Origin: Eledone cirrhosa
Taxonomy: Eukaryota
Assembly (NCBI GenBank): GCA_964016885.1
Contig: OZ024745.1
Coordinates: 133,238,001-133,302,000 of the forward strand
Direction of reading: 5' to 3'
Length of the DNA: 64,000 nt
In this document: positions 13,667 through 28,944 of the stretch, piece after piece
Position numbering within the stretch: position 1 is the first letter of the stretch
Layout of the letters: each line of letters begins with the position of its first letter
Translations under genes and position numbers: made by a program
The notes under the pieces: model-generated
The model's database searches: none
Seen by the model: the letters and a program-made list of their open reading frames with translations, nothing else
What the model was told of the DNA's origin: nothing

Positions 13667-15736
13667 ATATATAATAAGGAAGAGAATGTATGTATGTGTG
13701 TGTGTTAATGTTTTTCTCATGCAGACAATTCACCATTCTACCAATATATTCTAAAGACTGGTGATGATTGCAGTATCGGAGAAACATCTGGTGCTGATTT
13801 CAAAACGCTCAGCATGCTATATTTACCCTAAAATGCCCCAATATACATGATTATACAAGGAATGTCATATATGTGTATGTGCCTGTTTGGGTATGTGTGT
13901 ATATGTAAATATATATTTGTGGATCAATACCTACTTATATACATAGATGTTTGTTTCAACGTGTGTATATGTCGCTATGAATTAATTCACAGACTTTCGT
14001 CATGATACATAAGAGATTTCTAAAAATGAGTCTATATTTAGAATTTCTATAAATTCAATCCGACTCCTAGGTTTAAGTTTGTTACATACTAATGCATCTT
14101 GTCTTCTGTAGAAACATTCCAAATCTTACAACAATTATAAGTTTGGTATTTGAAGCCAATCCATTAAATTTCCTAAATAATGTATCATTTTGACCTCTTT
14201 TATGTAAGCCATATAATAATAGATATTGTTTAATGTTAATTCTTAAACAGAAATAATACAGAATTATATATGAGCGTTCTATACAACAATCTAGAGTGTT
14301 CGTCATTAAATCAAGACTAAATATCTGAAATTACAATAATTATATGTTATAAGTAATATTCAATATATAGAATTACATCTAGAATATTAAAAGAAAATTA
14401 GTTCGCAAGGACTTAGGCAATGTAGTTCTAGCTATACGCTCGGAAAACAAAATATTCCATATTTGTTCATATCGCTGGTGATGCAAACTAATAAAATATT
14501 AAGGTAAGAAAGTATTTCAGTAGCTTCAGAAATGACAGTTTTTTCTCATATAAATTAGTTTGATTTGCCACTTATTGTATTTATACTTTACCTATGTTTC
14601 AGATGACTATGTGAAATAATATGAAAGGACTCAATTACATATTCTCTTTCTCGTTAATATGAGACTTTTGGCTGTAATATTTACTCAATAACGTGTAAGA
14701 ATATATATCCACTTTAAAGCAAAGTTAATTCCTTTTTTATACATATTCACTATATATGGAATTGATCATAAATGTGCGTGCGATTTGATAATTTAAGTGA
14801 ATGTTTATGTGTGTTTACATACTTTTAAATATGTATTGGATAATAGCATTATATATCTGGCCTTCCCAGAAGAAGTGATTATTAGAAACATTTGATCAAA
14901 TTCAAACCCGAATTGTAGTATATCTTTTGGGAGAAAATGTCAGAATTAATATTATATATATTACCCATTCTTTAAAACAGATTTTGAGAATGGATTAATA
15001 AATATATTATACTAGAATTCAAATAGATAGATGGTTGGATAGAATGGGGCGGGAAGGTCCTGCAATGAAAATTCCAGTGAATTAGCTGTAGAAAATAGTT
15101 GCAGTTTTATTTCTTTTTATATTATATCATTTGTATTTTGCTTGTTTCATATATTTAATTTCACTGAAGCATTCACATTTACCGTGGAAAACGTAACACA
15201 ATCTAACATTTTAATGATGGTAATTTGATTTATTTGAAATTAGATGTCTTAAAATTTAAATATTGAAATAACATAAGGGTATTCTCGAAGGGCTTGTGCA
15301 TTATGCAGATATTTCAGTTGCTACGCATTTCATATGCATATAATATTTCTTTTTGAAAGTATTAATAAGCTTCATCATGGGATTAATTATTTCGGATAAA
15401 TATTCTGAAATAATTACCATGTAAACACCGAAGCGATGATAGACATATAATGTAATTAGTTATACGATAGAAGAGAAATGACCTTTATTAGTTCTAATTG
15501 GTTTTACTCTTTTGACGGTGACAAGCTGGCATTCCTGAATCCATCTGCGTATTGAATTTGGTTTATGTTAGCTTGATTGATTTATTCTACAATTGCTAAT
15601 ATTATATTATATTATATTATATTATATATTATATTATATTATATTATATTATAGAAACAATTATATTATATTGTATTATATTATATTATATTGTATTATA
15701 TTATATGATATTGTATTATATTATATCATATTATCA

Positions 15737-15955
15737 GGATGGTGGGCTGGCAGTATTGATAGAGTTTCGGTCAACATGCTTTACGGCAAAGAGATAGGGC
15801 CATTTATGTTCTGAGTTCAAATCCAACCCAGGTTAGCGTTAACTTTCATCCTTACAGGGTCGATAAAATAAAGTACCAGTATTCTATTGCGAAGGATTTA
15901 ATCGACTTATAAAAAAAAGAAGGTTGGTCTTGTGACTAAATTGGAAATAATTATA
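15737..15955 (+). mobile_element. tRNA-derived SINE within (ATATT)n
   Basis: gagttcaaatcc B-box and the same core and tail as the other copies. Confidence 0.8.
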
Positions 15956-15967
15956 TTGTATTGTAAT

Positions 15968-16645
15968 AGACCACCCGTGACACGTTCACTTCAAAATATT
16001 TTTTTTTAAATCATTTTCACTTAAAAATAAGACATGTATATAATGTGACATGAAACCGGAAGGCCCATATATATGCGTGTGTGTATGTATATATATAAAT
16101 GTGTGTGTGTGTATAAATATACATATATGTGTATATACATACATATATGTGGATGTCTGTGATCTATATACGTTGGTCATATACACACATATAAACACAC
16201 ATATACACATATATATATATATATATACATAAACACTCACATATATATATAACACCTCCATCTCTCACTCTTCCATTCTCCTTCTCTGTTTCCTCTCCCT
16301 CTCTCTATCTCTCTCTTTCAATGTACTCTCTCACAACCACTATTCTTCCCCTCTACCTCTCTATCTCTCTCTCTATTTATGAAGGTACTCGGAAGTACCC
16401 CATATCTCGGGAGCCCGTGCTTCGATTTGCACGAAATTTGTTTTATTCCATTTGTATTCTCATCTCAGGGTCAACTTCCTTTCAAAGATTTTTCTCATTA
16501 TGCCCTCTTTTGACTGTATTACATTACAGACAAGCAAGCAAGCAAGAAATCACAGAGTTTTAGTAGCATACTAGACCACCCGTGACCCACTGGGTCACGT
16601 TCACTTCAAAATATTTTTTTTAAAACATGCTCACTTAAAAATAAT
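15968..16645 (+). mobile_element. Possible non-autonomous Helitron-like unit in partial tandem
   Basis: tagaccacccgtgac..cacgttcacttcaaaatattttt..cacttaaaaataa occurs at 15968 and again at 16572; the second copy starts at actag with a gtgaccc/gggtcac hairpin. Confidence 0.4.
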
Positions 16646-16680
16646 TTTTAAATAATTAAAATATACACAGACATATATAT

Positions 16681-16866
16681 AATTGTTTCTACTATTGGCA
16701 CAAGGCCAGCAATTATCCTAGTGTATTACTGGTATTTTATTTTATCGACCGCGTAAGGATGAAAGGCAAAGTTAACATCGACGGGATTTGAACTCAGACA
16801 ATAAAGGGCCGTAACTCTGCAAAGCATGGCGTCCGATCCTCTACCGATACTACCAATCCACTGCCC
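16681..16866 (-). mobile_element. tRNA-derived SINE
   Basis: Reverse complement of the 12991 copy. Confidence 0.85.
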
Positions 16867-19712
16867 AGACATGTATATAATGGGAGACGAATCTGGAAGG
16901 CCCATATATATATATATACGTGTGTGTATGTATATATATAAATGTTTATGTTTGTATACATATATATATGTATGTGTGTGAGTATATTCAATTGTTTATA
17001 TATAAACATATATAAACATATATATACATATATACATATATGTATATATATGAGTGTGTGCGTGTGTGTGTGTGAGTGTGTGTGCGTGTTATCACGTGTT
17101 TAGCTATCTAAATATTATACCTTTAGTGTAAATAACAGATTCAGCGGGACTTCCGATTGGAAATTAATCAGATTGGTATTTGCTGGAGCTAACAAATCTT
17201 ATAAGATCTGAATATTTCTGTGATTTCGATATTATAGATTTTCAGTTTGACAATGAGATATAAAGATATATGTGATATAGAAGATATATCTATGTGATAT
17301 AGAAATTATATCTATGTGATATAGAAGATGTATTTATTACTAAGTACCATATAATATTTAACCAATTGCATGTTTGTATATATGAATGTATGTATATATG
17401 TATTTGTATATGAGAAGATCTATATCTATATGTTTGCATTAATATTCCCTGCATATTGAAAGTAGTTCCGTCACCTTTCTCATATAAACTGTCTTCACAT
17501 TCATTCATTTGCTTTGCCATGTATGTGTGTGTGTGTGTGTCTGTGTGTCTATGTGTGTGTATATGTGTGTATGTGTGTATGTGTGTGTCTGTGTGTCTCT
17601 GTGTGGGTGACTGTCTATGCGTGTGTGTGTGTGTCCATGCGTATGTGTGTGTGTGTGTCTGTGTGTATGTGTCCGTGTGTGTGCGGGGTGTGTGTGTGTG
17701 TGTGTGTGGGTGTCCGTGGGTGTGTGTGGGGGGGGGGGGTGCTTATACGTTAGAATAACTCTGTGCAACCTTCTTTCAACTGAAGCTCGAAATTCTAAAG
17801 CAATAATACATAAATGTTTCTCTAACATATCATGCCCTACATACATATTTATAGTCCAACAACGGTCATTTGTTTTGCAAAATATTGCAGCCAAATGTCT
17901 GCAAATCGCTCCCTTCTTTAAAAAGCGAGGCCACACTAGAAATGTAGTTGAAGACCTACAAACTAATCAGCTGTACAAAGTTTTGGTGATAGGCCTGGAC
18001 AATCATGGAAGTGACGGGTTAAATGACACAAACAACAACAATGTAATTATTATCCTGCAATATTATTGCAGTGAAGTCAAATTTATTTTATTTAATATAA
18101 TAATTTTTTAGGGGGATTTGAAATCGTTTTGATCTCTCTTTCCAACCTTCGCTGTCCTTTACGTTGATACTGCACATCGCAAGATCTGAATATTATCGTG
18201 TGTTTCGATATTATAGACTTTCAGTTTGACAATGAGAATATAAAGATACATGTGATATAGAATATATATCTATGTGATACAGAAGATTACAAATTAAGAA
18301 TTCGGCAAGAATAAAGTAAAGCAGAATAATGAATTGATATTGATTTAAAATAGGTTTCTTACATATGTTAACCTTACTACGCCTTAATGTGCCAATCTAT
18401 TTCGATATGCATGTTTCTAGAGCTAAATAAACAATTCGTTAAAACATGAGACTGGAGAAGAAAGCGACCGTTTACTAATTATAATTCTGCATAATTTTAA
18501 ACTAGAATCTAGTCAAGTAGATCCCTAATAGCAATTAATACTTTCCATTCAACTACATACATAATAGTATTATTAACTCCAATCTATATTGAAGCAATAA
18601 GCGCTGGTTAATATGTAATTGTATAACTTCACCTTGTTATCAAAGACGAATTCAAATATTGAAGATAGCGTCAGATGCAATTAGCGCTTATGACTTATTC
18701 ATGCTGCTTGTCATTTCCCCCAATGTTATCACGTCAGATATGTAACTTGATTCCACTTCATATAATGTAACCATAATTAAGAATAAATTAATTATAATCA
18801 TTATATAATTAGAAATTTATTAGGGTTTTCTTGTAAACGTGACTCGGTGTTTAAATGTTTGCGTTATACGAAGTATATTTCAAAGACTAGTGAAATGTGT
18901 CAAGCGATGTCAAACTCTCAACAATTAAATTACGACTCCAATAACTTTGTGATAAGCAATAGTTTCATGTTTGTTGATGTATTAAAGGAATGTGAAATAT
19001 TTCCGTATGTCACAACGACAATCTTTATTTGTTTTACTCTTGTGTTATATAGAATATGATACAAAGAAAAATATGTTTGGTTTACGCAAAGGATATTTAT
19101 AAATGGATATGATACACATTATTGAATGTTCTGAAGAGAAATTAACCATAATACTCAACTATATAATTTTGTGTGAGACTGGTGTCATCGTAGGACAGCG
19201 ATCCCAGAGGCATCATCATATATAGAATAACAGATTGGGCTTACAGTATGTATTTTTCCCGAGAAAATAAATTTCTGTTCGATTTTCAAACATGTTTTAT
19301 TTTGCATAAATCTATATTTCAATATACACATTTTAGTGAATATAAATCTTCTTTCCTCCACTATCCACGTATTTTTTAACTAGGACAAGAAAGACCATTT
19401 CAAAATATTTTCAAATTACGCGTGTCAAAATGTTACCAGTAAACCAAACCCATTCTCTCTTTAATCCCATCAATATCAGAAGCACATTAATTGTACTTCT
19501 ACGTCTAACCTAGTATCTATGTTAGTGTTTGTTCCCACCTTTAATTTTAATTTATATGAGGTTCTAAATATTGGTATGGTTTTGTAAATCGCCTCATATG
19601 TGTGTCTAATGGCTCCTATTTTGTTCCATTCGTTACATATACATCAAGGGAAAGCATATGAAGAAGTCAACATTGGTGAAACAAGGGTGTAATTGATTTA
19701 TCACATCGTATG

Positions 19713-19925
19713 ATTTCTACTATAGGCTCAAGGCCAGCAATTTTAGGGAGGAAAAAGTCGATTAAATCGACCCAAGTGCATTACTGGTACTTTATTTTAT
19801 CGACCCTATATGGATGAAAGGCAAAGCTAAAATCGGTGGGATATGAACTCAGAATCTAAAGGGCCATACTCTATGCTGCAAAGCACGGTGTCTGACGCTC
19901 TACCGATACTGCCAATCAACCTCCC
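19713..19925 (-). mobile_element. tRNA-derived SINE
   Basis: Reverse complement of the family core (ttttatcgaccc..ggatgaaaggcaaag..tgaactcagaa). Confidence 0.8.
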
Positions 19926-21464
19926 CAATTTACCTAATTTCGCAGGAATTACACAGATAAAGACGAAAATTAGAAAAAAAATAACAGGGTAGAAATCATT
20001 TACCATCAACCGAAACAAGAGATAGAAACACAGTAACACAGGGAAATAGAAGGTGAAAATATAATATATATTTATGATACTGTGTACGAAGCGGAATGAG
20101 AGAGGGGCAGATATGTACATAAACTACTTATGCATGCCATAACAACAAATATGATTGAGAGATATATAGTTCATACTATAAAGTCTGTTATATTATGTTT
20201 TTTATGAATTCCTAAATGGTGACAAGGAAAGTATGAAATCGAGAAATATAAAAAGGAAAAACAATTAATGATAAATTGAAAGCTCATAGAATAAAATATA
20301 ATAGAAAGATGAAGTAAATAAAAGAAAAATATATATAAAAGCAAAGAAAATGAAGAAAGAAATATATAGTCAAAACAAATTTAACTACTATTGAAAACAT
20401 CAAAAAGTAAACGAATTTCTGACTTCCAAGCATTGAGGATTGGTCTCGGTTTGCTAACGGCCTCTTCTTTTTTTTCAATAATTTCCAATAGATTTTTTTT
20501 ACGTTAAAGAAATCATGAATGCCATTCCTTGTAAGCCTTTACGAACACATATCACTTGTGGTTATCAGAAATAGTTTTGTTTAACTTTGGCACAGACTCT
20601 ATTATTTTAGACAGTTTCGAATTTTGGTTCATCGACATTTCTTTTGATAAAATGGAACAAAGAAAACTCACTGAAAATTAATATACATGGCTTTTTATAT
20701 GATATGAAGCCATATGTTGTATTTTCTGCATATGTTCTAATAAATAGGTTTTTCTCAACAACAACGTTGGAACGTTTATGGAAGTTTGTTTATCATGTAT
20801 TGACATAATCCTAGAAATTAGCAACATTAAACATGCAAAAGATAAATGTTTGGTTCCTTATCTACAGCAGATTTTTATCTCTCCTAAGTTTTGTCCAGGT
20901 TATCAAATTATTCCCAGTCTAATTAGTATGGTAGAAAATCCTTTCTCGTTTGTAGAGACAGAACAAAATATACAAGTTGGTTAAGGTGCAATTAACAGTT
21001 AGCCCACACATTCTTGGGCGATATTGAGGAGACGCTATGCGTGAAAATAACCAAATATTTCAAATAGCATGAAGTGTTCAGAAAAAAGAACATGTTTATT
21101 ATTGGGTCTCCTTATATTAGTGTCATGTCATCAAAATTAACACACCATTTAAACATAAAAATCATTAGAGAATGAGACATACTATTCCTTCTAATATTTC
21201 AACTCCGTCATTATACTAATTAAGCTCGTAACCATTATTTCATTTGACAACCCATATTTTAAGAGCGTTGGCTCTCTGTCCGTCCACCACGTTTATATAG
21301 AGAGGGGGAGCTCCAAGCGAGAGATATGTATATAGAGAGTAAAGGTAACGTCATTTGCTTAGAATGACAGTGTGTGCGAGCGTGTATACATATATATATA
21401 TATTTGTATGTATGGGTGTAGGTGTATGTGTGTACGTACTTACATACATACATCTAAAGACAGT

Positions 21465-21705
21465 CTTAAGCCAAAAGGCTCATTTGGCCGGTGCTTATCC
21501 CGGTTTCATGGTGTGAAGCGACTGAGAGTACAAGACTCCCCCCCCCCCCTGGACAGGATTACAGTCCATCGCAGGGTTAAATCCCCAGCTATTGCTGGTA
21601 CTCGTTTTCAGCTGAGTATCCTGGAGCAACGTGAAATGAATTGTTTTGCTCAAGAACACAACACGTGGCCCAGGAATCGAACCCACGACATTATGATCGT
21701 AAGTG
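21465..21705 (-). mobile_element. Second tRNA-derived SINE family (CORE/V-like central domain)
   Basis: Minus strand B-box GGTTCGATTCC followed by gtgttcttgagcaaaac..ttgctccagg..ctcagctgaaaacgagtacc. Confidence 0.7.
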
Positions 21706-21715
21706 GCCCCTCACA

Positions 21716-22140
21716 AAGGCCGTGAGCTTCGATATGAGAGCCCTGAATATAATCAATAACATCAGATCGCACGACCAATTTTCCAACAAAGTTTTCCTTG
21801 CGCGCACGCATCAGCCCACAGGTTCCGCCTCATAGCTATCCGCCGCTTGCGCTGGTACGGACATGTCTTCAGCTTTCCATCAGTTCATCCTTCAAGGGGC
21901 TTAATCTCGTTTGGGCAGTGGCTGCAGGCTAGAAGAGCCACGCGGCAGGCTCCGCCACAAATGACTGGATGTCATCAGAGAAGATCTCGACATCACCTGG
22001 GAGGATGCAGAGAAGATGACACGGAACCTCCAGTGATGGAGGGCATTGGTGGACTTGATTGGCTGTACACAAAATTATGTTTCTGAGCTCGATGGCGTAG
22101 GAGGACCCTAGCCTTGTCGAACAAGTGCAAGAAATCGAAG
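21716..22140 (+). mobile_element. RTE-like LINE 3' fragment
   Basis: ..AIRRLRWYGHV..P..HP and a downstream R..GR.R..W-like region; GC-rich. Confidence 0.55.
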
Positions 22141-22242
22141 AAAATATATAAAGACCACTAACTTTAAAAAGCCGGTACATTGCGATAGAAAAACTCACGT
22201 ATTTAAAAATGTGCGCTTAAATCTTAAATATACATGTACATA

Positions 22243-22440
22243 AAGGAAGTGTGGTAAGGTACCAGGCGGAATCAGAGTCCTCAATACTTAGGGTAGTAGA
22301 GTGGGTAATAGGAAAATGTTCAAGACCCCGACGGCAGAGCTCAAGCCGTTTCGACGGCTATTTCTAGACTCAGAAATACCCGTCGAAATGGCTTGAGCTC
22401 TGCCGTCGGGGTCTTGAACATTTTCCTATAACCCACTCTA
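22243..22440. mobile_element. Inverted PLE pLTR fragment pair (foldback)
   Basis: 22298-22365 and 22372-22440 are inverted copies containing GAAAC/T-GGC-ttgagctct-GCC-GTC. Confidence 0.8.
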
Positions 22441-22932
22441 TATATTTACATGTATGCACACATACACACGCACACACACAAGCGAGGACACACACACACA
22501 AGCACGCACACACACACACACACATATATATACACATATTTGTCTTCAACTCACTAATTAAGGGCGTTCTGTTATTTTTTAGAATCACTGTCTACAAACT
22601 TATAAAATCTCATCTTTCTTAATGATATTTTATATAGATAAAAACAAGAGAAAATTAAAAACTATAACATTTAATGAAGAAACCGTTTTCAATTCCTTTT
22701 AAAAAATAGTATTGAAGAATGTTTTGTTTATATTTTATTCCTACAGAGTGGATAATTCAATGAACGAGACATTTAAATCTAAGAAACACTTCAAATCTAA
22801 AGTTATAATACATTATTCATTGTTCATCGTTAACTATTTCTAAATTTATTCCATCTATTTTCTCTATCTCTCACTCAAGCTTTCACCCCTCTCTCTTTCC
22901 CGCTCTCTCCTCCCTCTCCCCTTCTATCACTT

Positions 22933-22972
<40 letters not shown>

Positions 22973-23029
22973 TATGTATGTATGTCTGTAGGTATATGTA
23001 TGCACATAGTCATGTTTATGCATATATAT

Positions 23030-23076
23030 ATACCGAGCTGAAGATCCGCATAAGGTGAAACAGTTGTTCTCGGTAT
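23030..23076 (+). ncRNA. Type-I hammerhead ribozyme in a roughly 140-bp element (23030-23168) between (TA)n and (CT)n
   Basis: ATACCGAG-CTGAAGA-t-CC-gcataa-GG-t-GAAAC-agtt-GTT-CTCGGTAT (8-bp helix I). Confidence 0.8.
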
Positions 23077-23167
23077 GGTCAACTAACTGTTGTGTAACCA
23101 CTTCTACCTAACTCGTCCTATGGACTGAGTGCTCTACTACTACGGATATTACCTCCATGTCATCTAC

Positions 23168-23230
<63 letters not shown>

Positions 23231-23283
23231 CATAAATATGCCTATGAACATAATAATGAAATCAGTGTACCGGCTATATATTG

Positions 23284-23400
<117 letters not shown>

Positions 23401-24029
23401 TATAGATATATATATATATATATGTGTGTATTAAATGTGTATGCATTCGTGTCTATCTCTATGTATATAGCGATGCGGTAACAGAGAACTAGATAACACC
23501 ATAGGTGTATCTTACATATATTTGAGTGATTGTATTTATTAGAGTTCTCATATTCCCAAAATATTCTTGGAAAGCCAATATAATTCATATCTACTCTTCA
23601 CTATGTCGTATTTCCCTAGAAATCTAGTTTATTATTTAATTATCTGTTCGCTACTTTCTTTTTTTAACATCAAATATTTTTTCAACTGATAGGCCTATTT
23701 CCGTAAAAACATCAATGGTGTTTAAAACTTGAGCTCTACAACTTCCATTTACTGGTGTACTGTCAAAGGATTACGTTAAACATTGCATCAATCATGTTGC
23801 GAACAATTATCTTCCTTCATTTTGTATTACTGGAAATATCTTATAGAAAGCAAGTTACTTCTTTCACAATCTCAAACCTCAATACATGAAAGTGTTAATA
23901 AATTATTTTGGCTTATCATAAACTCAGTGTGTTGTGTATTGACAAAATAGATTGAAACAAAGCTATATAATCTCAAAAGCTCCTAGTATATGAAAATATA
24001 TACCACTACATTTAACTATCTCAGATTCA

Positions 24030-25300
24030 GAAGCTCTCGCGTCTTGCGACGCATGAGGCAATCATAGTGTTCCATCGCGTTCGGTCAGCAGCCAGTTGCA
24101 CAGCGTCGCGCCATTGTCTGTTTGTCGCTCGCAGGTCCCTCTCAACTGTCTGGCGCCTTCTCCGTCTGCTTCCCTGCAGCTCCATTTAAGTACTTGGTTC
24201 GCCAGTCTCTCCGGGGGAAGTCTCAAAGCGTGTCCAAACCAGCCCAGGCGTCGCTTGCAGATGGTAGAAGAGACTAGCTGCTGGCTGGTGCGTTTCCTGA
24301 CTTCCTGGATTGTTACATGGTCACTCCATTTAATCCCCAGGATCTTTCGCAGACATCTGGAATCGAATGCGTCCAACTTCTTCTCTTGGCTGGTCGTAAG
24401 GTGCCATGTTTCACTTCCGTACAACAGTGTGGACAGCACGTTGCTGCTGTAGAATCTCATCTCTGTTTTGAGGGTGAACTTCCTGCTCTTCCAGATCTTG
24501 TCAAGCTGGTTAAATGCTGCTGAAGCATTTCCCATTCTACGTTGCAGTTCACTGTCCATGGTGCCCTCATTGTTAATGGAGCGTCTTAGGTAGGTGAAGT
24601 TGTCCACTATCTCCACCTCCCCCTGTTCAATGAAGACACTGGTTGGTGGTGGGTGTCTCCCTGATAACATGCTTTTGGTCTTCTTGGCACTGGTATTGAG
24701 ACCTAAGCTTCCTGCTTCGACATTGATATTGTTCACAATGATTTGCAGGTCAGCTGTGCTCTCTGCAAGTGCAGCAATATCGTCCGCAAAGTCCAGGTCA
24801 GACAACTTTGGCTCTCCCACCCAAGATATACCCTGGTCTTTAGACGCTCTTCTTAGTACCCAGTCAATGGCTATGGCAAAGAGAATTGGAGAAAGCGAAC
24901 AACCTTGACGCACGCCAGTAACCACCTCAAACCAGTCACTGTAACCATCCTCTGTCCGTATGCAGCACTTGGAGTTTACGTAAATCTGTTTGATTGCCGA
25001 AATAACTTTCTGGGGCAGACCATACTCAGACTGACGGTCGATGAATGGTATCGAAAGCTTTGGAGAAATCGAATGAAGCTGATGGCGCGGGGCCTCTGGA
25101 ATTCGTTGTACCTCTCAATGATGCGGCGTAGCGTAAAGATCTGCTCTGCACAGGGACGTTTTGGTCGGAACCCTTCCTGTTGTTCTCGCAGTTTCAGGTC
25201 TACCATGCCACGCATGCGGTTCTGGATCACCAGACAATAGACCTTCCCTCCAGTCACTCCCCTCCAGTTGTCACAATCGGCAAGGTTGCCTACACACCAG
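24030..25300 (-). mobile_element. 5'-truncated RTE-clade LINE (RT domain to 3' end)
   Basis: NWRGVT, EQQEGFRPKRPCAEQIFTLRRIIE, GVRQGCSLSPILF, LDFADDIA, FTYL, LLYGSETW, RRLGWFGHALR. Confidence 0.92.
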
Positions 25301-26815
25301 AAATTCAATAACACTTCAGACACATTTGCAATGACCCATATAATATGAAAAGTTTAAGCCTACTATTGTGTAGTATCAGGAAATGTATTTGCGCAAAACA
25401 ATATAAAAAATAAAGAAATCAACTGTTGGCCGGACAAACGTATTGTATTGTAACTAAAATAAATTGACAAGGTCAAACGTAACGAGTTTTTTCATAAATT
25501 TATTACTATCTCAATACATTATAATCTTTAATTAGTTTATTTGGGCTGATGCACAAATTTAGTATTGTTTAGTTTTGGGAGATCTCATTCATGTAATATG
25601 ATATCTTAATCATTCAACAACTTTTCTCCTAAAGTAAAGGAACGTAATATGTTTAAAATAAACCTGAAAGAAATTAAACTTTATATATTAATCTCTATTC
25701 ATTAATATAACATAAATTAATTGGAATAATAGATCGCATCCATCTCTGCCAGTATTTATTTTAGAATATATACCTAATGTGGGAGCTATCACCCTCGTAA
25801 GCCCCTATTCACATTGCTTTGAGAGAACACTAAAATGAAAGCATTCAAATTAGTATCATTACTTTCAATTGTATATAACTCTTTGAAACTCTGTAACCTA
25901 ACAAGGTCCGTAGAACCAACTGTGTGTGCATCATTTAGGGTCAATGATATAACAAAGCATTTAATTGTTATCATGTCACACTCTTATAAACATCATTGAA
26001 ATAATTGAAAGCATGTTTAACTAAGCAACAGTCATTTATTTTAACAATACACTGTGTAAATGTGTTTGAGTCAATTATTTAAACGTCGTAGCAATTTGGT
26101 TAGATTGTTTCTCGGCACGTAACTTATTGACCCTAGAGAAATTGTATTAAAATAAGAGAAATTCGGTTTTCGTTATCAGTAAAAATGCGATGAGGGCATT
26201 AGAGTATAAAATGCAATGTGTCCTGTACTATCTCGCTCATCTCTATGATCTTATTTATGATATACTATACACATAATTGAATATATCACGTAATTGTTTT
26301 CTTAATGTAACCACAAGGCAGGTACGGTTAAGACCATAAACCGTTTCTTTAACTGTGGTTTTGAGAGCTGAAAAAGTGAAGTATTGTAAACTTTGAAGAC
26401 GTTAGCATTCGCTGAAACCCTAGTAAACAGGTCCTGAAAAGTGATTATCAAGACGCTAATAGGAATTAGCTATTTACACACGTGACCAACTGATATTTGT
26501 CCAATCAATTAATCAAGAATTATATTCTAGCGTCTCTTTCTTCTTCTCACTGGCAGAATTGCGAGAGCAACGAAGTTAATAAAGTTACTAAACTTTGCTA
26601 CTGCAACTGTATATCATATGTATCATCTATTGACAATATATGAAGGTTTATCATGAATATTTGCTTACGTGATGCCCTGCCAGTGGCCGCAACTCTTGTC
26701 GAGTGGTATTACACCATAGTTTTATCAAGTGTGTCTTGGCGATGAAATCACTGCGGAACACTCTCCACGCCTGAACACACCCACAAAAGAATAGAGAAGG
26801 GAGATACAGGAAATA

Positions 26816-28943
26816 TTGAACCCAATCCTGTACTGTTATTTTATTTTATTCAATCCCGAAAAGATGAAATGCAGTTGCTCTCCAAGATATATACAGGACT
26901 TAATGAAAATGATAACTGGAATCAAATTTGCAAACGGAAGGAAAAACGAACTGCAACGAGATATTAAAACTCTACTCAACAACCTAAGGAATACCAAAGG
27001 AATTATCATAAAGGCAGACAAAACTTCAAATCTATACACCCTGGATGTAGAAACATATAACAATTTTATACGTAAGGAATTACATAGGAAGTACAAAAAA
27101 ACAAACGCAACTACACTAACCAACATTAATAACGCAGCATGTGATATTGTTAGGAAACTGAAAATTGACGACAGAACGGTACCCCTATCCCCAGCTACAC
27201 CGACTTTTAATCTGAAGGACCATAAGGATAACTTCGATACTAACCCTAAAATTAGATTAATATGTCCTTCAAAGTCCGATATAGGTAGAATTAGTAAGTA
27301 CATATTAGATCGTATTATCCCCCAAGTTAAGGCTAAGGTAGATATTAAATTATGGGGTAATACTCATCAGGCAATAAGATGGTTCAATAACATTAGGGAC
27401 AAAAACAAATCTTCTTTTATTCAATTCGATATAGATGAATACTATTCCTCTATTTCACCCGAAACCCTGCATAAGGCCCTCTCTTTCGCTAAGACTAACT
27501 CGGACCTCACAAACGAGGAAATTAATATTATACTTGAAGCTAGACGCACAGTAGTGCACTTTGAAAATAGTTATTGGGTCCGCAGGGATAGACCCTCGGA
27601 ATTCGACATTACGATGGGTTCTAATGATTCGGCGGAGGTCACGGATTTGGTTGGGATCTATATAGCCCATAGACTCCAGAGCGAATTTACGGACCTCCAC
27701 GGCGGAATATACCGCGACGATACTTCTATTAGTCAAGAATATGAACAAACAAAACCTAGAAAGGCGACGTAAAAACATTAGGAAACTTTTCTTAGAACTA
27801 GGGCTTAATATTACCTTCGAACACAATCTTAAGGTGGTCAACTTCTTGGATGTCACCTTCAACCTTAATAACGGTAATATAGAGCCATTTTACAAACTTA
27901 ATGAAAATCTTAAGTACGTTAATGTAAAATCGAACCATCCTCATTCCATTATTAAATCTATCCCTAAAAATATATCCATAAGGATCTCCCGACTGTCGTC
28001 TAATTTGCAGACCTTCAACGAGCATGCTGAATATTATAATGACGCACTTAGAAAAGCTGGTTACTGCGAGAAAATTGAATATCTAGACGATAACCACATA
28101 AGTACTATGAATAAAACACATCTAAGTCGAACTAGTATTGCACGACACATACACATCAATAGGCATACTAACAGGTGCAAACCAGCAAATAGAGTCAGAC
28201 GTAGAGAGTACATATGGTATAACCCCGTGTACAATTCTTCTATTAGCACTAAGATTATCTCACAATTCTATACACTAATCAATAAACACTTTACAACTTC
28301 ACATAAATACTATAAAATCTTTAACTCGCGCACCATTAGACTCTCATACTCCACTGCACCTAACATAGAACAACTAATTAGAAAACTCAACTCAGCAATA
28401 CTGAATAAGTACATCCCTAATGACTCAGCGCACCAGCATAGCAACATACAACGCACTAACACGCAACCACAACCCCACCAAACTATCCAGGATTCTACTG
28501 CAAAACATAAAAATAGTTGTAACTGCACCAAACCAGGTACGTGCCCACTGAATAACCAGTGCCTAGCACGCAATATTGTCTACCGGTGTACAATAAATTC
28601 CGGGACCAACAAATGGTATTACGTCGGATGTACCGCAACTTCTTTCAAGGCTCGCCTATACCAACATCGGTCTTCGATCAGGCACGAGAAAATGCGCTCC
28701 GTAACAACCCTCGCCGATAAAGCCTGGCGGCTCCGGAGGAACAATCAAGCGTTCTCCCTTGATTGGCAAATTATTGCAGCTGCGCCTGCATATCAGCAAA
28801 ATCATCGATTCTGCAAGTTGTGCAATTTAGAAATATACTGCATTTTAACGTCGGTAAACAAACTTTTGAACAGCAAAATTGAACATTCTCTATACTGTAA
28901 CCATCGTTTGAAAACGATTTTTTCTTTCTTTAAATGCATATAA
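26816..28943 (+). pseudogene. PLE RT-endonuclease polyprotein with one frameshift just after YRDD (about 27722)
   Basis: 318-aa and 400-aa ORFs are colinear halves of one protein with no other internal stops. Confidence 0.85.
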
Positions 28944-28944
28944 T

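Noticed and set aside
14440-14640. Possible host exons (aaggtaag donor, tttcag acceptors)
   Set aside because: Such motifs are expected by chance in AT-rich DNA, and no coherent reading frame was found.
26816-28943. Selenoprotein-encoding (Naiad-type) PLE
   Set aside because: The endonuclease is C-terminal and the ORFs have no in-frame TGA at Cys positions.
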